A stretch of DNA of 64,000 nt from assembly GCA_016934675.1 (NCBI GenBank), contig JAFGSJ010000051.1:75387-139386 (forward strand), written 5' to 3'. How positions within the stretch are numbered: the first letter of the stretch is position 1; every line of letters begins with the position of its first letter. Under the pieces are notes generated by a model, which was not told the DNA's origin, did no database searches, and worked only from the letters and a program-made list of their open reading frames with translations. Source of the DNA: a bacterium. Its GTDB lineage: Bacteria; CSSED10-310; JAFGSJ01. This document shows positions 57,186 to 64,000 of the stretch, one piece after another. The translations under genes were made by a program, and so were the position numbers.

Positions 57186-59606
57186 ATGGCCATGTTCAGG
57201 AACTATCTGAAATTTGCCCTGAGAAATCTGGTCCGTCAGAAGGCCTACGCGCTCATCAGCATCGTCAGTTTGGCCCTTGGCCTATCTGGTCTGATTGTGG
57301 TCGCTCTGTTCGTGCAGGATGAATTGAGTTATGACCGTTTTCATCTGAAAGGTGACCGGCTCTTTCGGATTGTCCAGAATAATGTGACGGCGCAACAGCC
57401 AAACACTTTTGTGCTTGTCCCCGGTTTGATCTCACGAATAGTCAAGGAAAACATTCCTGAAGTCGAGACGGTAACTCGATTGACGCGAGGTCTCGATATT
57501 TTGATCAGCTATAAGGACAAGCAATTCTATGAAACTAACTATCTCTATGCGGATGCCACGGTCTTTGATGTATTCACGATCCCCTTGGTGCGGGGAGATG
57601 CCCGGACAGCCCTGGCCAATCCCAACTCGATTGTGATCACCGAGTCAATAGCCCACAAATATTTCGGGACCATGGACCCGATCGGCCAGGTCCTGACCGA
57701 GGAAGATGGTGGGCAATACACCGTAACAGCCGTTACTCGGGACATGCAACCGAATTCACACTTTCATTTCGATTTTATGGCCTCGTTGGTAACCATTACC
57801 ACAGAATATCTGGATAACTATTTATATTATTGGACGTATGTCGTTCTGAAACCCGGGGCTGATCCCGAACAGGTTGCCTCGAAACTTGATCATTTTACGC
57901 GAGATTATTTAGAGCCTGTTCAGGCAAAACAAGTCAGTACATCATGGTGGGCATATTCGATCCTGACCGGTGAATACAAGTTGGCCCTTCAATCTTTGTA
58001 CGATATTCACCTTCACTCGGGCCTGAATGAAGACCTCGAGAGCAACAGCAATGCCACCTACGTTTTCATCATGGGCTCCATGGTCGTGGTCCTTTTTCTG
58101 ATTTCGTGCTTGAATTTTATCAATCTGACCAATGCCCGCTCCTCAGTGCGGGCCCGGGAAATTGGCCTGAGAAAAGTCTTCGGTTCGAGTCGCCGGCAGC
58201 TTATCCCACAGTTTCTGGTCGAAGCGATACTGCTCAGCCTTGTCGCTTTTCTGTTAGCACTGTCCTTGACAGAATTGCTGTTACCTTATTTTAACGAAAT
58301 TATTCAAAAGGAATTGTCACTCGATTATCTGGGCAATTATCAGCTTATATCAAGCCTGCTCGGACTGACCCTGTTGATCGGACTCATCGGCGGCATCTAC
58401 CCGGCTTTCGTTCTATCTTCTTTCAGACCACTGACCGTTCTTCAGGGAAAACAACGGACCGATCTGGCCAACTATATTGTCCGGAAAGGACTCCTGGTCC
58501 TTCAACTGGTTTTTTCTTTCACCATTCTGGTCAGTATGTTCTATATCAACAACCAAATCCATTATCTTCGCACGAAAAACCTGGGTTTTGACAAAGAACA
58601 CATTCTCATTATCAGACGCTGCTATGCCACACGAGAGGCCAAACTAAAGTTTAAACAAACCTTGCTCGAACACCCTCGTGTTCTTAGTGCTACCTATATG
58701 AATCATATGTTCGGGCAAGGGATCAGTCCCGTCTTGCTCGAATCAGCCGATCCGGACCCGGACAAACTTGTTACGGTCGGTTTTCTTTCCGCGGATGCTG
58801 ATTTTTTCGAAACGTTTCAACTGAAACTTCGTGAGGGAGAAACATTTCAGGACGATTGCACCAGCTTCGGATACGATATTCCGGTAGTCGCCAATGAAGT
58901 CGCAATCAAGGTCCTTGGTTTCGAGCAACCCTTGGGTCAGTTTATCATGGGTGATAAAAATAGCTCGAAATACGCCTATTATCTCAGCGGGATTGTACAA
59001 GATTTCCACTACGAGTCATTGTACCACGAGATTCAACCGCTGATCATCGTTCCGGAACATGAAAAAGGCCTCTACTATCTGGCTGTGCGCATTGTCCCGG
59101 AACAACTGGACGAGACACTCGGTTTCCTCAATGAGGCCTGGCAGGCATTTGCGCCCCAATACCCCTTTCAACACTATTTTCTTGATGAGGAATTTGATCA
59201 GTTTTACCAGTATGATCAGCGAATTGCTCTCCTGTTCATTATCTGTGCCCTCTGTGCTTTCGTGATCGTGTGTCTCGGTCTCCTGGGCCAGACGGCTTAC
59301 AGTGTTCATCAACGGACCAAAGAAATCGGTATTCGCAAGGTATTGGGGGCGCGGCCTCTGAACATGGTCAGAATTCTGATTGGCGAGACCATTGTTTTAC
59401 TGTGTTTAGCGAATCTGATCGCTTGGCCGATCGCTTATATTCTGATCGAGAAATGGTTAGAACAATTCGCCTACCGCACCAGTCTGGGCTTGGCACCCTT
59501 TCTCTACTCGGCGCTGGTCACTCTGGGTATTGTCCTTATCACTGTTCTTTTTCAAGTCTGCAACCTGGTCCGGACGAGACCGGTCGATTCCCTGAAATAC
59601 GAATAA
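57186..59606 (+). CDS. ABC transporter permease, FtsX/MacB-type. Two FtsX domains of four TM each, with large periplasmic domains.
   Basis: 806 aa. N-terminal TM followed by a MacB periplasmic core-like region, then two FtsX-type helical bundles. Confidence 0.8.
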   Translation: MAMFRNYLKFALRNLVRQKAYALISIVSLALGLSGLIVVALFVQDELSYDRFHLKGDRLFRIVQNNVTAQQPNTFVLVPGLISRIVKENIPEVETVTRLTRGLDILISYKDKQFYETNYLYADATVFDVFTIPLVRGDARTALANPNSIVITESIAHKYFGTMDPIGQVLTEEDGGQYTVTAVTRDMQPNSHFHFDFMASLVTITTEYLDNYLYYWTYVVLKPGADPEQVASKLDHFTRDYLEPVQAKQVSTSWWAYSILTGEYKLALQSLYDIHLHSGLNEDLESNSNATYVFIMGSMVVVLFLISCLNFINLTNARSSVRAREIGLRKVFGSSRRQLIPQFLVEAILLSLVAFLLALSLTELLLPYFNEIIQKELSLDYLGNYQLISSLLGLTLLIGLIGGIYPAFVLSSFRPLTVLQGKQRTDLANYIVRKGLLVLQLVFSFTILVSMFYINNQIHYLRTKNLGFDKEHILIIRRCYATREAKLKFKQTLLEHPRVLSATYMNHMFGQGISPVLLESADPDPDKLVTVGFLSADADFFETFQLKLREGETFQDDCTSFGYDIPVVANEVAIKVLGFEQPLGQFIMGDKNSSKYAYYLSGIVQDFHYESLYHEIQPLIIVPEHEKGLYYLAVRIVPEQLDETLGFLNEAWQAFAPQYPFQHYFLDEEFDQFYQYDQRIALLFIICALCAFVIVCLGLLGQTAYSVHQRTKEIGIRKVLGARPLNMVRILIGETIVLLCLANLIAWPIAYILIEKWLEQFAYRTSLGLAPFLYSALVTLGIVLITVLFQVCNLVRTRPVDSLKYE

Positions 59607-59624
59607 ATCAGACTATGAAGCCCA

Positions 59625-60275
59625 TCACGGCTCGAAGGTAAATGTGTCTGCGATAGCCTCGAGTTCTGCTCCGTGTAGTTCACGGTCAACGAACCTGTAC
59701 CCTGATTGCAAAACAACCACGGTATTCCTGGTCCGGTCTCGGAATAAATATTCTTTGAAGACCCAATGCTGACCATCTGTCCGTGCGAAATCGATTGAGC
59801 TGGTGCACTGTTCGTGCTGTAGTGCCGTCTGGCAAGTCCTGTTTGTTTCAGTGATTGTCCCGGACCAATGTTGCTGCATTTCGGACATGAATTGGGCGAT
59901 ATATCTCTCTGCATAAGCTTCAAGATCATCATCCACTTCGAAATAGGCCCTGATCTGAAAACCGAAATCCTTGTTCTTGACGATGTCCGCTCGAATCATC
60001 TGGTTTGTTGCGCTATGATCCGTCAGTCGCCACGAACGGGGAAAGCGGAGCTGATATCTGGTTTTTCTATCGGTAAAGGTTGACCATGCTTCGCTGTTCC
60101 GATCGGATTTGTTCCCACTGTCCTCGTTCATAGTTTCATTTGTCAGACCAGCAGTATGGCTAGTCTGACTATCTCGCAAAATTCCCTCCTCTGATTCCCT
60201 TTCCGGCTGCCGCCGAAGGAGGATAGCCCCACATAATACAAATCCCATGATCAGGATTATCAGTAGTTTTTTCAT
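59625..60275 (-). CDS. Secreted hypothetical protein (signal peptide MKKLLIILIMGFVLCGAILL)
   Basis: Signal peptide. No recognisable domain. Confidence 0.4.
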   Translation of the reverse strand: MKKLLIILIMGFVLCGAILLRRQPERESEEGILRDSQTSHTAGLTNETMNEDSGNKSDRNSEAWSTFTDRKTRYQLRFPRSWRLTDHSATNQMIRADIVKNKDFGFQIRAYFEVDDDLEAYAERYIAQFMSEMQQHWSGTITETNRTCQTALQHEQCTSSIDFARTDGQHWVFKEYLFRDRTRNTVVVLQSGYRFVDRELHGAELEAIADTFTFEP

Positions 60276-60526
60276 GGCTACTCCTGTCTTATTCTCCGCG
60301 AGACCTTACCGACATCAGGTCTCAGGTGAGATCAGGCACAATGGCCCAGCTCTATTTTGTCATATTATACCAAAGAAAAATCTATCAATAACATGGTGTT
60401 TTAGGGCAATACTGTCAATGCTCATTTTTTTTGTACTCGTAAAATAGTCCCGCATTTGCTATGTTTTTACAGATAGCAGAGGATGGCTATATCATAATGA
60501 ATTAGAGGTCAGGCAAAACCCTGGAA

Positions 60527-61957
60527 GTGGTCGGTTCGATGGTGACTCACAAAAAAGTCTTATTTGTATTCATAGGGTGCGGTATTCTTTTCAGAATTTT
60601 GACGATCTGGAGTTATGATTTCGAGCATGGGGTCATTTTTTATGTGACCATGGCTGATTCCTTTGTGCATGATTTACGTTTCACCATGCCGCACGGTAGG
60701 ATTTTCTCCGCTGAGATGCAGCCTGCTCCCAGTCATCATTATGAACCGCTATATCCGCTCTATCTGGCTTTATGGTTGTTTTTTCGGCCCTACAGTCCCC
60801 TACTGGTCCATTGTGCCTCCCTGGTCCTGTCCCTGGCTTTTCTGATCGTACTCTATTGTATTCTGAAAGATTTATACAGCCACGAGATAGGGCTGATCGG
60901 CACAGCGGTCTTTGCCCTTCATGGCATCCTGATCGACATCACCGGCAAATGCTTGTCTGAGCATAGTATCGGTATTGTGCTGATCATGACGCTCTGGGCT
61001 GCTGTCAAGGCTTTGCGGGGTAGAGATGATTATTATTGGGTCTTGGCTGGTTTCTGGGCCGGTTTGGGCTATTTGTCCAAGGCCAAGGCAGGGACGATCT
61101 GGCTCATCCTGCTGATCATGGTCCTGTCCGGTTTTCTCATGCTCCGACGTAAGTTGCGTATTTCGAGCCCTCATTTCCTGGCTGGCGTTCTGATTTTTAT
61201 TGTGGTCAGTGGGACATGGATGGTCCGCAATTATATCTGTTTCGGGACAACGAGCCCATCTGTGCATAACAGCCAGGCCTATGCCCATGCTGTCACGCAT
61301 CCCGAGTTGTGGTTGTGGGGTATTGTGGGTTACTCGCCCGTTTTTCTGGCACTAGTGCTGGTTCATTGCCTCTGTTTCGGGCCGGTCTGGCGTGACATTT
61401 CGGTCCGGACAGCCGAGCACGCTCTATACCTTTTTTGTTTCCTGGTTCTTTGGGGATCGAGTTGGATTATAACCGGCGCAGTCTGGACGTACGAAGGTTT
61501 TTTCTTTGATATGAATGCGACTCGGTACATCCTGCCCGCACTCATTCCCCTGGTTTTGTTTTTTCTGGCCCAGTATCGCCCGGATGCACGAAATTGGCGT
61601 CAGGCCTGTGATTATCTCCTGTTCGTTGTTTTCCTCAGTGGATTGCTGATCATCGTCTGGAGTTTTGTCTTCCCGCAAAAAGAGCATATTTCGAGTAAGG
61701 ATATCCGCGCGGTCGAGTTGGTGAATAGTCGGATCACGCCCGGGGATTGTATCATGATCGACCCGCCCATTCACAAGAATCACTTGCTTTATTACGAGTT
61801 ACGCTTCAAGGACCGGGACTCGATCTCGATTTATAATGGAAAAACTGGCAAAAAGTGTCGATTTCTGGTATGCTATAGTTCAGACAAGGAACCAGAAACG
61901 GGTTTCAGCTTGATCGGCAGATATTTTGATCGAGTGTCCGTCTGGCGATCGGATTGA
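60527..61957 (+). CDS. GT-C fold glycosyltransferase (ArnT/PMT family, GT39/83-like). Polytopic membrane protein.
   Basis: >=10 predicted TM helices. DE-type motif in the first periplasmic loop (YDFEHG). Overall ArnT-like topology. Confidence 0.5.
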   Translation: MVGSMVTHKKVLFVFIGCGILFRILTIWSYDFEHGVIFYVTMADSFVHDLRFTMPHGRIFSAEMQPAPSHHYEPLYPLYLALWLFFRPYSPLLVHCASLVLSLAFLIVLYCILKDLYSHEIGLIGTAVFALHGILIDITGKCLSEHSIGIVLIMTLWAAVKALRGRDDYYWVLAGFWAGLGYLSKAKAGTIWLILLIMVLSGFLMLRRKLRISSPHFLAGVLIFIVVSGTWMVRNYICFGTTSPSVHNSQAYAHAVTHPELWLWGIVGYSPVFLALVLVHCLCFGPVWRDISVRTAEHALYLFCFLVLWGSSWIITGAVWTYEGFFFDMNATRYILPALIPLVLFFLAQYRPDARNWRQACDYLLFVVFLSGLLIIVWSFVFPQKEHISSKDIRAVELVNSRITPGDCIMIDPPIHKNHLLYYELRFKDRDSISIYNGKTGKKCRFLVCYSSDKEPETGFSLIGRYFDRVSVWRSD

Positions 61958-62017
61958 TGTTGGACTTGGACTTCGACCTGCGGACACGTCAAGAGAAAGA
62001 CAATAGAGCGGCGGGTC

Positions 62018-62944
62018 ATGACCGGAACAAACCACAAGCAGTTATTGAACATTATTGAACCCCTGATCTATGCTGATATTTTTGACTATCCTCTTTCTTT
62101 GACCGAAATTCATCGCAATTGCGCGGAACCGATTACCAAGGATGACTTGCGCCATATTGTTGACCATGATCCGCTGATTCGCAAAGTTATTTCGTCTGCG
62201 CAGGGCTACTATTTTTTGATAGGGCGCGATGAACTGGTCACGGTGCGGCAACGACGTCAGGTCACCTCGAGTGAATGCTGGGCCCGGGCCCGCCAGGTTG
62301 CAAAGTGCCTGCAATATGTGCCTTTCGTGCGAGGGTTACTGGTGACGGGTTCACTGGCGGTCGACAATGCGACCGAACATGATGATCTTGATTTTCTGGT
62401 ATTGACCAGTCCGGGACGATTGTGGTTTGTCTTTGCGATCCTGGGTACGGCTCAAAGGCTGGTCTCGCGTTTCTATCTCTGTCCCAACTATTACCTGTCC
62501 ATCGATCACCTTCTGATCCGTCGTCGGACGCCGTACGTGGCTCGGGAAGCACTACAGGCCCGTTTTATAGCGGGTTTTGACACCTGTCAGCAGTTCCATG
62601 ACGTCAATGATTGGGTCTATCAGTATTTCCCCAATTGGAATGGCTCCTTTAAGCGGGAGGTCGAACCTGAGATCAAACCTTTCAAGATTTTGAAACGGAT
62701 ACATAGCTTACTTGAATGGCTCTTGAATGGTCGGGTGGGGAATATTCTGGAAAGGTTATTTAAAACCGTTCTAAAGCATCGGCTTATAACACACTATGGA
62801 CTCTATGGTCAGAAAGTTCCTTCTGAGATCATGCACAATGCCTTGAACGAGGTCGAACTTCGTTTTCATGGGCTGAGACATGAGGAACGGATTTTTGAGC
62901 AGTTCTCCGATCGTATAAAACAAGTCCAGGAGCAGCTTGGTTAA
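62018..62944 (+). CDS. Hypothetical protein with a minimal nucleotidyltransferase (Pol-beta superfamily) signature
   Basis: hG[GS]x9-13Dh[DE]h pattern in TGSLAVDNATEHDDLDFLVL. There is no recognisable partner HEPN. Confidence 0.35.
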   Translation: MTGTNHKQLLNIIEPLIYADIFDYPLSLTEIHRNCAEPITKDDLRHIVDHDPLIRKVISSAQGYYFLIGRDELVTVRQRRQVTSSECWARARQVAKCLQYVPFVRGLLVTGSLAVDNATEHDDLDFLVLTSPGRLWFVFAILGTAQRLVSRFYLCPNYYLSIDHLLIRRRTPYVAREALQARFIAGFDTCQQFHDVNDWVYQYFPNWNGSFKREVEPEIKPFKILKRIHSLLEWLLNGRVGNILERLFKTVLKHRLITHYGLYGQKVPSEIMHNALNEVELRFHGLRHEERIFEQFSDRIKQVQEQLG

Positions 62945-63090
62945 GCAGGTAGATCATTTTGGTCCAGGTTCTGATAATCTTTGTTTTCCTTGTCTGTTTG
63001 TTTCTTTCGGGGCAAGCAATACTTTGCCTGACCAACAAGTTTTTTCCCTGCTCAAACAATTGTGAACGATCTCAGGTCTCAGTTTTAGTA

Positions 63091-64000
63091 TTGCTTGCCC
63101 TGGAATCTGTACTGAGCGCTGTTCTTGTCTTTTCTACGCTGGGATTGCTTCTAGTGGTTCTGGGAGCATTTCAGCCACTCTATTTCGGTATGAGTTGGTT
63201 CTTGTCCCTGTTTCTGTTTCTGACAGACTATACTTCCTGCCGGGCTCGGTTATGTCAGAAATCCACCTGGACCACATTTCTGTTGATCATCACGATTCTG
63301 CTCGGTTTCGCTCTTTTAATCTCTGCACTTTTTCCGGTTATGGAAGCGTTTATGGTCGGTTCCGACGCCACGATCTACCTGTGCGCCGGAATGGGTCTGG
63401 CCGACAGCGGGACACTCACATTTAGCGAACCACTGATGACGGATATGACTGATACTATCAAAAACTGGTTTTTTCAGAATCGGATCGAGGCTCGAGAAGA
63501 ATGGGTCAGATACCCGGGTGGATTCATTTTCAGATCACCGGGAGATGATCATTTTACGCTTTCATTTTTACCTCTTTTCCCGGTCTGGATTGCAGTTTTT
63601 GTCTGGCTGGGAGGAGCTGGAGCGGCACCGGTTGCGAGTATCTTTTTCGGGGCAATCGGATTGGTCGTTCTGGGGGTACTGGCAAGCATACTCAGTCGGG
63701 ACCGGTTGGCGGGCATGTGTGTTATCTGTTTCGCTGTTTTCCTGGGAATGCAGCATTATTACAGTCGGTTTCCGACCTCGGAAATCCTGGCCCAATTCTA
63801 TTTTCTGACCGGGCTCTATTACTTTATACGTGCAATCCAAGATAAGTGGCCGTGGGCTGGATTTGCGGCAAGTTTGGCCTGGTCCCTGGCCAGCCTGACT
63901 CGTTTTGATGTGTTTCTCTTTATTGTGATCGGTTTGGTAGTAATCTGGTTATTCGCACCTTGTATCCGAAACATGATCTGGCCGCCGCTATTCGTGATCG
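63091..64000 (+). CDS. Polytopic membrane protein (second GT-C-like glycosyltransferase?). The N-terminal part continues beyond the window end.
   Basis: My own frame-1 translation is open from 63031 to the window end. It is hydrophobic throughout (…MSWFLSLFLFLTDY…WPWAGFAASLAWSLASLTRFDVFLFIVIGLVVIW…). Possible starts are TTG 63091, GTG 63154 or ATG 63190. The track omits it because it is open-ended. Confidence 0.4.
   Translation, partial: MLALESVLSAVLVFSTLGLLLVVLGAFQPLYFGMSWFLSLFLFLTDYTSCRARLCQKSTWTTFLLIITILLGFALLISALFPVMEAFMVGSDATIYLCAGMGLADSGTLTFSEPLMTDMTDTIKNWFFQNRIEAREEWVRYPGGFIFRSPGDDHFTLSFLPLFPVWIAVFVWLGGAGAAPVASIFFGAIGLVVLGVLASILSRDRLAGMCVICFAVFLGMQHYYSRFPTSEILAQFYFLTGLYYFIRAIQDKWPWAGFAASLAWSLASLTRFDVFLFIVIGLVVIWLFAPCIRNMIWPPLFVI

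Noticed and set aside
1-64000. CRISPR arrays, rRNA genes, IS transposases or integrases
   Set aside because: No regularly spaced direct-repeat arrays, no rRNA-like conserved stretches and no DDE or tyrosine-recombinase-like ORFs were seen. The only repeat structures found are the 57-bp direct repeats, the inverted-repeat-bounded 161-bp element and the 9-mer iterons reported above.

Overview
This 64 kb window is chromosomal DNA from a diderm (Gram-negative-type) bacterium of roughly 50% GC. The diderm call rests on TamB with an Omp85 partner, an LpxL-like lipid A acyltransferase, a MacB/FtsX ABC pair, and several sigma-54 enhancer-binding proteins.

The left third is a conserved housekeeping block: tamB plus a partial Omp85 gene, tldD-pmbA, a Phd/ParE toxin-antitoxin pair, pdxJ, and the operon tRNA(CAU)-tilS-ftsH-folP-cdaA-cdaR.

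From 16.6 to 31.2 kb the content is accessory-like and holds the most interesting candidates:
- Two adjacent atypical response regulators: REC-DUF4388, and REC plus a ~400 aa polyacidic linker plus a C-terminal helical domain (RomR-like).
- A 1.9 kb islet carrying an AbiEi antitoxin and a truncated AbiEii toxin, bracketed by 57-bp direct repeats that duplicate the 3' end of the acidic regulator gene.
- A secreted repeat (propeller-like) protein.
- A low-GC islet with a GNAT enzyme and a secreted protein.
- A compact lipid or polyketide-like module: a B12-binding radical SAM enzyme, a dedicated ACP, a ketosynthase, and a ketosynthase-like partner lacking the active-site cysteine (chain-length-factor-like). 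A structured noncoding element bounded by inverted repeats sits inside this module.

The right half contains:
- an SPFH protein followed by a 3081 aa cyclic beta-1,2-glucan synthase-like gene (GT84 plus GH94)
- a PAS sigma-54 activator
- LpxL-like and FGE-sulfatase-domain genes
- cstA, a PEPCK-like gene, trxB, a split Lrp/AsnC pair and ornithine aminotransferase
- an NtrB/NtrC-like two-component pair
- a MacB-type ABC transporter
- a GT-C glycosyltransferase, nucleotidyltransferase-like gene and second GT-C gene cluster that runs off the window end

I found no CRISPR array, rRNA or intact transposase. Most of the short ORFs in the six-frame track are antisense artefacts inside long genes.
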